Source of the DNA: Acutalibacteraceae bacterium
GTDB lineage: Bacteria; Bacillota; Clostridia; Oscillospirales; Acutalibacteraceae
Assembly: GCA_045536515.1 (NCBI GenBank)
Contig: JAZSNQ010000152.1
Location: forward strand, 1-50,901
Direction of reading: 5' to 3'
Length of the DNA stretch: 50,901 nucleotides
Position numbers and translations under genes: made by a program. The notes under the pieces are model-generated. The model had not been told where the DNA came from, made no database searches, and saw only the letters and a list, made by a program, of their open reading frames with translations. How positions within the stretch are numbered: the first letter of the stretch is position 1; each line of letters opens with the position of its first letter. Shown piece after piece: positions 10,078-20,254 of this stretch.

Positions 10078-10128
10078 TGGTATCGTCCTTTCTACCGGGA
10101 TTTAGCCGTCCCGGTGCGGCATTTTGTT

Positions 10129-10335
10129 TTATCGGAATATTCCACCTGTTGCGAAATCCCACTCGATTGTGCCATCTTCGTAAAACGTGATGCAGTGAGC
10201 AGTGAATTCGTAACCCTCTTCACTTGACATCAGGTACTTGTCACGGTTGTAGCATTTCAACACTGTGTACTTGAATCCGCTTCGATTGGTGTACTTAACA
10301 CCCTCTGTGAGTAGTGCGTGTCGTAAGCTTTTCAT
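10129..10335 (-). CDS. Hypothetical protein
   Basis: AAGGAGGT RBS; EDGTIEWDF motif. Confidence 0.75.
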   Translation of the reverse strand: MKSLRHALLTEGVKYTNRSGFKYTVLKCYNRDKYLMSSEEGYEFTAHCITFYEDGTIEWDFATGGIFR

Positions 10336-10360
10336 TCAGTTCACCTCCTTTTTTGTCCTA

Positions 10361-10417
10361 TACATCTGCCGGTGTAGTTCTTGGTGACATTATACACCCA
10401 CAGATGTATAATGTCAA
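10361..10417 (-). promoter_or_regulatory. Consensus sigma-A promoter with two operator palindromes
   Basis: TTGACA-17-TATAAT (10417-10389); operators 10361-10376 and 10393-10408. Confidence 0.8.
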
Positions 10418-10525
10418 TACTTTTTTTGCGAAATTTTGTTTATTTGTCCGATAACTGCACGATGAAATGTTTTATAATGACGTGTAAGATGAAATCAATA
10501 TATAAAAAAAGCGTGGTGAAATGTA

Positions 10526-11047
10526 ATGCCGAGAGGTAAGAAAACACCGCCTGAGGTGGTTTATCAGATAATGACCTCTTGGACGGTTACAAACAACTAT
10601 AAGGAAACGGCAAGGGATTTGGACCTGCCGTTTACGACAGTTAAAAGTATCGTTGATAAGAACAAAGATAAGCCTGAATTTGTAAAACTTCGTAGCGAAA
10701 AGATGTCGGAGTTTTCAATCCGGGCATCTGAAATTATACAAAAAGGTTTGACGCTTCTTAACAAACGACTTGACAGAGCTATCGCATCAGAGGAAGATTT
10801 AGACGTTTTGATTGATGAAATCTATGCAACCGATAAAGAGGAACTGTCACAGGATGAGAAAAACAGACTTGTTTCCAAAATCAGAACCCTGCAGATTCAG
10901 AACATGAAAGATATTACCACTGCGATAGGTACTCTCTACGACAAAAAGGCTTTAGCTGACGGTAAGCCTACTGAACGCACAGAGATTATTGGCGGCGAAA
11001 AGCTTAGTAAATTAGCGGAGTTGGCAGGATATGAGCGTAAACAATAA
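10526..11047 (+). CDS. Probable terminase small subunit
   Basis: N-terminal HTH; directly upstream of and overlapping large terminase. Confidence 0.7.
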   Translation: MPRGKKTPPEVVYQIMTSWTVTNNYKETARDLDLPFTTVKSIVDKNKDKPEFVKLRSEKMSEFSIRASEIIQKGLTLLNKRLDRAIASEEDLDVLIDEIYATDKEELSQDEKNRLVSKIRTLQIQNMKDITTAIGTLYDKKALADGKPTERTEIIGGEKLSKLAELAGYERKQ

Positions 11048-12482
11048 CGATTTTGCGATTGAGTTGATGCGTTCTTCCTATGCTGCTTATTGTTATTTCG
11101 TACATAAAGAAAAATGGATTGATACAAAGTTTCACAGGTTTTTGGCGGATAAGGTTCAAACTTTCGTTGAAACGGTAACGGGTAATCCTTACGACATATT
11201 GGTGCTGTCCACACCTCCGCAGCACGGTAAGAGTATGACCGTTACCGAAACCTTTCCGAGTTGGTATGAGGGCAAATATCCTGACAGACGATGTATCGTA
11301 GCTTGTTATAATGATGACTTTGCCGGAAAATTCGGCAGACGTAATAAATCAAAGATTGAAGAATACGGACAATTCATATTCAACATATCGCTTTCTAAAT
11401 CCTCTGACCGTGATATTGAGATAGCCGATCACAACGGCAGCATCATCACAAGAGGTATCATGTCGGGTATTACAGGTAACTCCGGCGATTTAATCATCAT
11501 TGATGACCCGGTAAAGAACAGACAAGAAGCCGACAGCGTGAATTACCGTGAAAGACTGTGGGAAGAATGGCAGAACTCAATTAAGACGAGAACACAGGCA
11601 GGTACAAAGATAATCATTATTCAGACAAGGTGGCACGAGGATGACCTTGCAGGGCGTGTAATCCGAGAGGAAAACAATGTTGAGGTTGTTAATATCCCGG
11701 TTGAAGCTGAGGAAAACGACATACTCGGCAGAAAAGTTGGCGATGCCCTTTGTCCTGAAATCGGAAAAGACAATAAATGGCTTCAAGCGTTCAAAGCAAG
11801 CTACACAGACGGCATGAGAGCTTGGAACGCACTGTTTCAGGGCAGACCAACATCTGAAGAAGGTAATATATTCAAGCGTGAGTGGTGGCGGTTTTATGAT
11901 GTGTTGCCGGAGCATCTTCCGCTTAAAGTCATTTCAGTAGATGCGACATTCAAAGATAATGCGGATTCAGACTTTGTTGCTATCGAGGTATGGGGCAAGC
12001 TTAACGCAGATTTTTACCTGATTGATATGTTAAAGCGGCGTATGGGTTTTCCTGATACGTTGAAAGCAATTAAGGCAATGAATGCGAAATACCCTGACAG
12101 GCATTCCATACTGATTGAGGACAAAGCCAACGGTCCCGCAATTATCGCAATGCTCAAGCACGAAATATCCGGCATTATCCCGGTAGAACCAAAAGGCTCA
12201 AAGGTTGCAAGAGCGAATGCAGTTACAGGCATAATCGAAAGCGGAAATGTTTATCTCCCCCGGTATGCCGATTTTACGAGTGAATTTATAGAGGAACACG
12301 CAGCATTCCCTAACGGCGTTAATGATGACTTGGTGGACAGCTGCACACAGTTCCTCGATAAATACAAATTCTTTGGTGCTGATTACAGAGAAGATAATCG
12401 GACACAGTTTGAAAAGGATTTGCAGAGATACAAAAATAAGCTACTGCGGAACAGCAGTAGGACAAAGAGAGGTTATTACTAA
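11031..12482 (+). CDS. terL: Terminase large subunit
   Basis: PPQHGKS Walker A, IIIDDP, QTRWHEDDL, IEDKANG, FPNGVNDDLVD. Confidence 0.95.
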   Translation: MSVNNNDFAIELMRSSYAAYCYFVHKEKWIDTKFHRFLADKVQTFVETVTGNPYDILVLSTPPQHGKSMTVTETFPSWYEGKYPDRRCIVACYNDDFAGKFGRRNKSKIEEYGQFIFNISLSKSSDRDIEIADHNGSIITRGIMSGITGNSGDLIIIDDPVKNRQEADSVNYRERLWEEWQNSIKTRTQAGTKIIIIQTRWHEDDLAGRVIREENNVEVVNIPVEAEENDILGRKVGDALCPEIGKDNKWLQAFKASYTDGMRAWNALFQGRPTSEEGNIFKREWWRFYDVLPEHLPLKVISVDATFKDNADSDFVAIEVWGKLNADFYLIDMLKRRMGFPDTLKAIKAMNAKYPDRHSILIEDKANGPAIIAMLKHEISGIIPVEPKGSKVARANAVTGIIESGNVYLPRYADFTSEFIEEHAAFPNGVNDDLVDSCTQFLDKYKFFGADYREDNRTQFEKDLQRYKNKLLRNSSRTKRGYY

Positions 12483-13048
12483 TGTATGTAAAACAGGTAA
12501 AAAGAAAATGCAGTGTAAGAGGATGCAAAAACACAGAATGTTTTGCTATCTCACGAACTCGTGAGGTTGGCAACACAGTTATCATTTGTAAAAGCTGTTT
12601 GGGAAAAGCTCTTGGAGCTATTGATGAAATAGACCCAAAAACAAAGAGCAATATCCCGGCACTTGATAACACATCAGCACCGTCTTTGTTCTTTAATGCA
12701 AAGGCACTTGGTACGGATGCAGCAGAAACAAAGGTTGATGATGTTCCCTCTGTGACGCCTGATAACGGACAGGAAAACACGACACCCCCTGCCGATGATA
12801 GCGACAAAGCGCCTGAACAGACTGGTGGTGTTGACCCTGCTGATGACACATCAGGTGCAGACGTTGTAACTCCACCTGCTAACACTGTTCCCCTCGCACC
12901 TGATGCGGAGAACGGCGCAAGCGATGATGTAATGCCCCCGGCAGATGTAACAGAGTTTAAATGTCCTATATGCGGCAGAGCATTTGACAGCGAAAAGGGA
13001 CTTAACACGCACCTCAGATACTGCAAACCGCAGACTGACGGTGAATAA
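12482..13048 (+). CDS. Protein with N-terminal Cys cluster, acidic Pro-rich linker and C-terminal C2H2-like finger
   Basis: CSVRGC..CKSC; FKCPICGRAFDSEKGLNTHLRYC. Confidence 0.75.
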   Translation: MYVKQVKRKCSVRGCKNTECFAISRTREVGNTVIICKSCLGKALGAIDEIDPKTKSNIPALDNTSAPSLFFNAKALGTDAAETKVDDVPSVTPDNGQENTTPPADDSDKAPEQTGGVDPADDTSGADVVTPPANTVPLAPDAENGASDDVMPPADVTEFKCPICGRAFDSEKGLNTHLRYCKPQTDGE

Positions 13049-13063
13049 AGGAGCTGAAACGGA

Positions 13064-13255
13064 ATGGTAAGCTACATTCTATGTGGCATTATTGTTCTTC
13101 AGTCCATCATCCACCACTTTGAGAGGAAAGACCTTTACAACCGCATCATGAGTAAAAATCTCGCGGAATATAAAGGCGAAAAGTGCACCTCAGCAAAGTC
13201 TGCACACGACAAAGTCATAAAGCGGTGGCGAGGAAAGGACGGTGAGAATGAATAG
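13064..13255 (+). CDS. Small protein with N-terminal hydrophobic helix
   Basis: AAGGAG RBS; abuts portal. Confidence 0.7.
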   Translation: MVSYILCGIIVLQSIIHHFERKDLYNRIMSKNLAEYKGEKCTSAKSAHDKVIKRWRGKDGENE

Positions 13256-15303
13256 TGCTTACACGATTTACACCACCTATATCAGGAATTACCGCTGCTA
13301 TTGGTAGCCTTTTCAGCAGTAAAGCCAACGACAAAGACGATGAAGCAAAGGTAATTGATGTTGACAAGGACGGTAATACGCTGTTCAAAGAGGACATCAT
13401 ACACAACATCTTGGAAGATTTGGAAAGCCGCAGAGGTCAGCGTTCTTCTTTGGAAAGACAATGGACACTCAATGCGAATTTCCTTGTAGGTAATCAATAT
13501 TGCGGTATTCGCCCATACACCGGGGATATTGAACAGTTAGAACCCGTGTATGGATGGCTAAACAGAGAAACTTTTAATAACATTGCACCTCTTATTCAGA
13601 CAAGAATCGCAAACCTTAAAAAAATCAATTACATGATGAAGGTCAATCCGGCAACAAATGAGCTTGATGACTACGCAAAGGCTGATGTTTCCACAAGTGT
13701 TTTACAGCATACGCAGAAATCAACCGATTTTGAATCGAAAAAGGACACGATGATTTATTGGAATGAGCTTTGCGGCAACTGCTTTTGGCTGTCTTGGTGG
13801 GATAAAGACAAGGGCGAGAAATTTGCTGTTGAAACTGTCATTGATGTAGGCGAAGACGGCATAGAGCATAAGAGGCAACAGGCTTTTTATCAGGGCGACA
13901 TTGATTATGGTCTTATTACACCTTATGAGGTATTCCCCGAAAGCGTATTCAAGCAGGGTGTTGAAAATCAGCGTTCTATTATTCTTGAACAGGTAAAAAG
14001 CGTTGAGGACATTTACGACCTGTACGGAATTGATGTTAAGGGTAGTGACATTGAAACCTTTGAGCTTACTCCTGTTACATCAGGCGGCGGCTTAGGTTAT
14101 GAAAACACTATTGTTTCTATCGGACACAGAACCGCAGAAAATGCGGAAAAGGTTATCACCTACTTTGAAAGACCATCAAAGTACAGACCAAACGGACTTA
14201 TGGTTATCATCGTTGGTGACGAGCATCTTGTTTATTACGGCGATATGCCATACAGCAAAATACCGCTTATTCAGTCGGTATGCCATGAAATGCCCGGACA
14301 ATTCTTTGGGAAATCTGTTATCGAGGACTTAATTCCTTTGCAGAGGACCTATAACGGATGTATCAACAGTATCCACGAGCATATCAAGCGTTTATCTCTC
14401 GGCAATATGCTAACCGAGGAAGGCAGCATTGATATTGAGGAATACGAAGAACACGGGTTAGAGCCGGGTGCGTTCCTTGTCTATAAAAGCGGCACAAATC
14501 CCCCTAAACCTGTTCAAAATGGCAATCTTCCGTCAGAGATTATACAGGAGCGATACAATTTAAGAAACGATATGGAATATGTTGCAGGTGTTTCACAGCT
14601 TATGGTTACAGGTAATGCACCACAAAGCAATATGTCAGGTAAAGCAATTAACAATCTTATGGAAATTGATAATACAAGACTATCGCTTACAGGTGATCAC
14701 ATTCGTAACTCTATCAGAAAGCTTGCTGTGTTATGGCTTGAAATCTATAAAATTTATGCAAAAACACACCGTATTGTTGAATGTGTCGGCTCAAATAACA
14801 TCGGCAAAGCTCTTGTTTGGTCTGCTGATGATATTAACAGCTATGATGTTGAATACACAACAGAAAATGAGCTGCTTATGAGTGAGGAAATGCAGAAACA
14901 ACGCTTTTTTGAAGCTTACAATCTCGGACTGTTCACAGATAGTGAGGGCAGAATCCCTGAAAGAGTTAAGCTAATGGCGTTAGAGTTTATGAAGATTGGC
15001 AACTACACTGCCATAATGAACTTAAATTCACTGCAAATTCAGGCAGCACAGAGAGAAAATGTGTTCTTTGAAAGTGGTGTGATGCCAAAAATCTCTGATT
15101 ATGACGAGCATGAAATACACATCGAAGAACATTTGAGGTACATTCTGCAAATGGATTTCCAAATCCTGAAACATAAAAAACCTGAATACGCTGCGGCTCT
15201 TGAAAATCACTTGAAAGAGCATAAGCAGATGATTGAACAGGAAGAGATGCAGGAAATGGCAAAACAGATGCAAATGCAGGGTGCTATTGCACCGCAAATG
15301 TAA
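13255..15303 (+). CDS. Portal protein (podovirus type)
   Basis: 682 aa between terL and scaffold; FFGKSVIEDLIPLQRTYN, SGKAI and Q/M-rich tail typical of P22-like portals. Confidence 0.82.
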   Translation: MLTRFTPPISGITAAIGSLFSSKANDKDDEAKVIDVDKDGNTLFKEDIIHNILEDLESRRGQRSSLERQWTLNANFLVGNQYCGIRPYTGDIEQLEPVYGWLNRETFNNIAPLIQTRIANLKKINYMMKVNPATNELDDYAKADVSTSVLQHTQKSTDFESKKDTMIYWNELCGNCFWLSWWDKDKGEKFAVETVIDVGEDGIEHKRQQAFYQGDIDYGLITPYEVFPESVFKQGVENQRSIILEQVKSVEDIYDLYGIDVKGSDIETFELTPVTSGGGLGYENTIVSIGHRTAENAEKVITYFERPSKYRPNGLMVIIVGDEHLVYYGDMPYSKIPLIQSVCHEMPGQFFGKSVIEDLIPLQRTYNGCINSIHEHIKRLSLGNMLTEEGSIDIEEYEEHGLEPGAFLVYKSGTNPPKPVQNGNLPSEIIQERYNLRNDMEYVAGVSQLMVTGNAPQSNMSGKAINNLMEIDNTRLSLTGDHIRNSIRKLAVLWLEIYKIYAKTHRIVECVGSNNIGKALVWSADDINSYDVEYTTENELLMSEEMQKQRFFEAYNLGLFTDSEGRIPERVKLMALEFMKIGNYTAIMNLNSLQIQAAQRENVFFESGVMPKISDYDEHEIHIEEHLRYILQMDFQILKHKKPEYAAALENHLKEHKQMIEQEEMQEMAKQMQMQGAIAPQM

Positions 15304-15329
15304 AAATTGATATAAGGAGCGTGTAAAAT

Positions 15330-16328
15330 ATGCCTAATCCAAACACTTTTGACGAAGCAAGTGCGGCAACTGAGGAAATGTTTGCTAATAGTGAGCAGTT
15401 ATCTCTTGGAGATGTCCCACCTGCTGAAAATCCCCCTGTCGGAAGTGAACAGGTCGTAGAAAATCCCCCTGCGGAAGAAGCACCTGCCACAACTCCACAG
15501 ACAGGAACAGAAGAACCCCCGACAGAACAACCGGGAACTGAAACACCCCCTTCTGCTATCGAACAGGCGGCGCAGACTGCCGAAGTTGCGGCACAGGTTG
15601 CGGTAGATAAAGACAGCCAGTTACAGCAAGCGTTGGCAGAAAACGAGGCTTTGAAACAGCAAAATCAACAGTTGCAGGGTACGATTGATGAGATGTCAAG
15701 GCAGAACACTGAAGAGATTATTGAAGATGCTTTGACACCGCCTACACTCGATATTAACGGTCTTGCATTTGCTGATGAAGAAACGCAGAGGGCAGCAATG
15801 GCTAAATACGCCGAGGATATGAGTGCTTTCAACCGTAAACAGATCATGAAAGAAATGTCCCCTGCTCTTGAATTTGCTAAAAAGGGTATGCGTGATGCAG
15901 AGAAAACAGAGGTTGTCGAAGCTCTTTCGCAGATTCCCGAGCTTGCAGGTATCAAAGATATATTGCCGCAGCTTGACAGAATCATTGCAAATAATAAATG
16001 GCTTTCTTCGGACGATATGCCGATGGACGAAAAATACATCAATGCTTTTGCTATGGCAAGGGGCATCAACAGTATAAATAATCCACCTGCGCCGCCTGAA
16101 CCTGCAAAAGAACCAACGCCGGAAGAACTGTTGGCAATGTATAATAACAACCCTGCTTTTCAGGAGCTTGTCGAGAAACAGCGCCTTGACACAATCAAAC
16201 AAAGTCAGCAAGTGCCACCGTTTTCTGCAAGTAGCGGTGCGGTAAATGCGGCACTCGATATAAAAGAAAAACCCCAAACACTTGAGGAAGCATCAAAGCG
16301 AACACGAGAAATGTTCCGTGATATGTAA
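15330..16328 (+). CDS. Scaffolding protein
   Basis: Acidic Pro-rich N-terminus, coiled coil, precedes capsid gene. Confidence 0.7.
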   Translation: MPNPNTFDEASAATEEMFANSEQLSLGDVPPAENPPVGSEQVVENPPAEEAPATTPQTGTEEPPTEQPGTETPPSAIEQAAQTAEVAAQVAVDKDSQLQQALAENEALKQQNQQLQGTIDEMSRQNTEEIIEDALTPPTLDINGLAFADEETQRAAMAKYAEDMSAFNRKQIMKEMSPALEFAKKGMRDAEKTEVVEALSQIPELAGIKDILPQLDRIIANNKWLSSDDMPMDEKYINAFAMARGINSINNPPAPPEPAKEPTPEELLAMYNNNPAFQELVEKQRLDTIKQSQQVPPFSASSGAVNAALDIKEKPQTLEEASKRTREMFRDM

Positions 16329-16364
16329 CCTCGACAGACAAATTTTATTAAGGAGATGATCTTA

Positions 16365-17543
16365 ATGTCACAGAATTTAATCACTTTTGAAAAAGCATTG
16401 AAAGAAAATTACTTACCTGCTTGGCGTAATCAGCTCGGTATTGAACCGTCTGCACTGCTCGGCAAGATTAAGAAGCCTAAGCTCACATCTAATAAGATCG
16501 TTGCTTCTGCTCCTATCGGTCTTTCCGGCGGCTTCGGTTACGGTGCCGAGGGTGCTGAAACACCTGCGGCCGGCGGCGTAAGAGTCGAGCGTTTTGAAAC
16601 AACCGCAAAGGATATGTACGTAAACATCGTAATTTCCGAAAAAGCGGTTAAGCTTACCGGTTCAAGCGGAGCTATGGCAAATGCGCTTGATACAGAGGTC
16701 AAGGGTGCATACGCAACTGCTAAGTGGAATGTCGGCCGTTCTCTCTTCGGTAATGGTACAGGTATTCTTACCACTACAAAGGCACTCGGCGAAGCAGGTA
16801 ACACTATTCAGGTTGACGATGTATCTTACCTTAAGGAAGGTCTCATCATTGATATTTACGCAACAGGCGGCACGTCTCCGCAGGCAAACGGTGCAGGTCG
16901 CAGACTTTTGAGCGTAAACCGTGCCAATAAGACAATCACTATCGGCGGCGAGGCTGCTACATTCTCAGCAGGTTTCATCACCGTGCAGAACTCTTACAAC
17001 AGAGAAATCACAGGTCTCGGTGCGATCTTTGATGATAGCATCACTTCCCTTTACGGTGTAAGCAAGGAACTCAACCCGTTCTTGAAGCCTGTGGTTCAGA
17101 GTGGCGGCGGCGACATTGATGACGGTCTTATCACAAAGGCACTTCGTCAGGCTAAAAACGACAAGAACTCCAACATTGATATGATTCTCTGCGGTGATGA
17201 TGCGTACGACCACTATGTAAACTACCTCAGAGTAAACAATATCCGTGTTGAGGAAATGTCACACACCATTCAGGGCGGCTTCAAAGCAATCAAGTTTGTT
17301 TTCGGCAACAAGGAAATCGACATTGTAAACGAAAGCTTTGTACCTGCAAAGGAAATGTGGGGCGTTGAAACAGGTTGCCTTGAACTCCATTCACTTGACT
17401 GGAACTTTGCAGAGCTTCAGAATGGCGGCATTTTCAATCTCATGGAAAAGCAGAGCTGTTACAGAGCATTGCTTGCAAACTACGGCGATTTGATTTGCAC
17501 AAATCCGGGCGGCTGCGTTCGTATTACAGATTGCTGTGCTTAA
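16365..17543 (+). CDS. Major capsid protein
   Basis: About 392 aa, LFGNGTG and EITGL motifs, position after scaffold. Confidence 0.85.
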   Translation: MSQNLITFEKALKENYLPAWRNQLGIEPSALLGKIKKPKLTSNKIVASAPIGLSGGFGYGAEGAETPAAGGVRVERFETTAKDMYVNIVISEKAVKLTGSSGAMANALDTEVKGAYATAKWNVGRSLFGNGTGILTTTKALGEAGNTIQVDDVSYLKEGLIIDIYATGGTSPQANGAGRRLLSVNRANKTITIGGEAATFSAGFITVQNSYNREITGLGAIFDDSITSLYGVSKELNPFLKPVVQSGGGDIDDGLITKALRQAKNDKNSNIDMILCGDDAYDHYVNYLRVNNIRVEEMSHTIQGGFKAIKFVFGNKEIDIVNESFVPAKEMWGVETGCLELHSLDWNFAELQNGGIFNLMEKQSCYRALLANYGDLICTNPGGCVRITDCCA

Positions 17544-17549
17544 TCCTTT

Positions 17550-17618
17550 TACTTGCGAATAGCAAGTAGTTGTCGGTTTTTCCCTGCGGCGGCTTTGTCC
17601 TTTCTCTGCCGCAGGGGA
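17550..17618 (+). terminator. Tandem hairpins after capsid gene
   Basis: TACTTGC-gaata-GCAAGTA and CCCTGCGGCGG...CTGCCGCAGGG. Confidence 0.5.
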
Positions 17619-17652
17619 GATTGGCACTTGCTGAACGACTAATAAAATACAG

Positions 17653-18000
17653 GTGGTGGAAAAAGTGTCTATACTTGAAATTTTTGAAAAGGTAAATCTC
17701 ATAATGCCGATTGAACAAAGACGGTTCTTTAACTACTTTGAAGATACGGTTACAGAATTACAGTCTATGTATAGCGGTTTTGTGTTTGAAAAAGACACCG
17801 AATATCAACCGCCGGAAGCTCTTTCGGATAAAAATGTTGTGTTACCGCTATACCACAACGCAATCGTTGACAATGTTGTTTTCTTGGCAGGTGGCGAAGA
17901 AACTCGCAAAAGCGAATTTATCAGAAAATCTCGTGATGCCTACCTGAAATATTGGAACGATAACGCAAAGGGCAGAAGAATGAAAAGATTGGAGTGGTAA
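17653..18000 (+). CDS. Putative head-tail adaptor
   Basis: Position after capsid; helical 115 aa. Confidence 0.55.
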   Translation: MVEKVSILEIFEKVNLIMPIEQRRFFNYFEDTVTELQSMYSGFVFEKDTEYQPPEALSDKNVVLPLYHNAIVDNVVFLAGGEETRKSEFIRKSRDAYLKYWNDNAKGRRMKRLEW

Positions 18001-18001
18001 T

Positions 18002-18604
18002 ATGTTCGACAGCGGAATTAAAGCATCTGCTTTGATTGAGCAGATAAAAGACGAAGCTGACATTGCAATTCCCATTGCAAACGAAAGCTATGTATCGTGG
18101 CTGAACGCTTTAGAACAGTTACTATATACAGAGCTTATTCAGGAACAGGGCAAAATTGAGCTTGACGGCGTTAATGGTTCTGTTATAGGTATTGATACCC
18201 TTAATGTACCAAACGGCGAAAATGCCGTAAGATTTGAGGATATACACACCATATACGCAGACCAAACACAGCTTATTGAATCAACTGTTGCAAGCGGCGT
18301 TATTTTCCCTGATACCTATTACAAAATCGGTAACGATATAGGTGTAAACCTTAAAAAACAGCCTGAAAAGCTGAAGATCATCTATTTTGTAAAACCTGAG
18401 CTTAAAACGACAGATAATATCAGTGCATTAAATGTGATGATACCTGTTGAATTTATTGACCTTGCAAAAGCAAAGCTCCGTGGTGAAGCCTACAAGGTAG
18501 CCAACGAGGACAGTATTGCCGCAAAGTGGATAAATGACTACAATGTATTACTTGAAACTTTCAAGGCGTGGCTTTCCGGGAAACAGCCTGAATTTGGAAT
18601 GTGA
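18002..18604 (+). CDS. Putative adaptor / tail tubular protein
   Basis: Position; WLNALE and IPVEF..L motifs resemble phage adaptors. Confidence 0.55.
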   Translation: MFDSGIKASALIEQIKDEADIAIPIANESYVSWLNALEQLLYTELIQEQGKIELDGVNGSVIGIDTLNVPNGENAVRFEDIHTIYADQTQLIESTVASGVIFPDTYYKIGNDIGVNLKKQPEKLKIIYFVKPELKTTDNISALNVMIPVEFIDLAKAKLRGEAYKVANEDSIAAKWINDYNVLLETFKAWLSGKQPEFGM

Positions 18605-18613
18605 GGTGCTTTT

Positions 18614-20254
18614 ATGGCAAAGAAGAATGAAAGCAAACTCTCATACTTACAGATGCCGCTTCCCGAGGGCAGAAAGCATTACAAAATGACAAAGCGTTCT
18701 TGGAGTGGCTTAAATTACAGACAGACCATAGATACAGGAGCGTTATCAATGGAAAAAAACATTTCCACCCTTGAAGCTCCGTATCTTGTGCCGTCGCAAA
18801 GGCGTATCAGCATTTTAGGCGATTACACACGTCCTATCAGTATGTTTGGGTTTGATGATTTCTTACTTGTCATATACCGAAGCGGCACATCAATCTATGT
18901 TGATTACATAACCTATGACGCTGACGAGGACGAATACACAACCTATACAGGCACGCTGCAGAATGGCGGTGCATCGAGTGCTGATGAATACCCCCGATGT
19001 GTAGTGCAGTTCAACGTGTATGACACGCCAACGGACCCGGTAAGCGGTAAATACGTTAAAAAGCTGCTCATCTTCCCTGATAAAAAATCAATGGACTTTG
19101 ATATTACAGAGGATGGATTCACAATAAGCGATATGTCGGTGCTTGTAAAAGAGTTTACGCCGACAGGCGATAAAAACACGCCGCCTAACACGGCAAGCCA
19201 TAACTATTATTACCGAAACAGTAAAACAAGTGATGTTTACAAGTGGGTTGATGATACGAGCGACAGCGAAAAATCGGGTTGGAAGGTCAGCGTTCCTCCG
19301 GCTATGCCTGATATAAAGTATGCAGCAGTACATTTATCAAGACTTTTCGGTGTTGATGATGACCGTGTATATGCAAGCGGCTATAATGACTACACGAATT
19401 GGAATTTAGATACCGTAGACGAATACAACGAGAGTAACGCTTGGTGTTCTCCGGCACAGTCAAACACAAAGGCCGGCGGCGTTTTTACCGGAATTACCAA
19501 TTTTCAGGGGCATATCGTGTGTTTTAAGCGTGATTATATGCACGAAATCTACAACACTAAAAATCCTTTCCGTATTCAGGATATATACGCAGAGGGTGCA
19601 ATAGACCACAGGACGATACAAGACGTTGACGGCAGATTGATATTTGTTTCCGAGGACGATGTGAAAATATATACGGGTTCTAATCCTCGCATTATTGGTT
19701 ATTACCTCAATATGCCTGAATATGTAAATGCTGTAAGCGGTACAGACGGCAGATGCTATTATCTATACTGCGAAGATGCAGACGGAAACAAAAGATTGTT
19801 TGTGTATGACACCATTGCGGAGCATTGGTCTGAACAGGCGATATACAATACAGTTTTGAGCTTTGCACACAATAAAAATGGTATGTATATGCTTTGTGCT
19901 GACGGATATATCTACAAAATGAATACAGGTGATTACAAACATTCTTGGAGCTTTGAAACAGACCTTATCACAAATGAAACGGTCAGCATTAAGCACATCA
20001 AGAAAATACAGATGTTTGCTGATATTGCTGCAGGCGCAAATATAAAAGCTTACATACTGTATGATGATGAGTCATTTGACGAAGATACATCGCATCTTGT
20101 GTATTCAAGCACAGGTTACGGTCAGAAACCTGTCAGAGTAAAACCCCGAAAAACAGCAAACTACGGCATAAAGCTCCACATCGAAGGTTATGGATATGTA
20201 AAACTTTACGAATTAGAACTGTTTATGGAAACAGGCGGTGATTTGTATGTTTGA
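18614..20254 (+). CDS. Tail nozzle / stabilisation protein (beta-propeller-like)
   Basis: WSGLN near start, beta-rich, LFVYDT..W; podovirus gene order. Confidence 0.65.
   Translation: MAKKNESKLSYLQMPLPEGRKHYKMTKRSWSGLNYRQTIDTGALSMEKNISTLEAPYLVPSQRRISILGDYTRPISMFGFDDFLLVIYRSGTSIYVDYITYDADEDEYTTYTGTLQNGGASSADEYPRCVVQFNVYDTPTDPVSGKYVKKLLIFPDKKSMDFDITEDGFTISDMSVLVKEFTPTGDKNTPPNTASHNYYYRNSKTSDVYKWVDDTSDSEKSGWKVSVPPAMPDIKYAAVHLSRLFGVDDDRVYASGYNDYTNWNLDTVDEYNESNAWCSPAQSNTKAGGVFTGITNFQGHIVCFKRDYMHEIYNTKNPFRIQDIYAEGAIDHRTIQDVDGRLIFVSEDDVKIYTGSNPRIIGYYLNMPEYVNAVSGTDGRCYYLYCEDADGNKRLFVYDTIAEHWSEQAIYNTVLSFAHNKNGMYMLCADGYIYKMNTGDYKHSWSFETDLITNETVSIKHIKKIQMFADIAAGANIKAYILYDDESFDEDTSHLVYSSTGYGQKPVRVKPRKTANYGIKLHIEGYGYVKLYELELFMETGGDLYV

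Noticed and set aside
12319-16277. Long antisense ORFs (12319-13026, 15665-16150, 15696-16277)
   Set aside because: Mirror frames of Pro/Ala-rich genes with no recognisable features.
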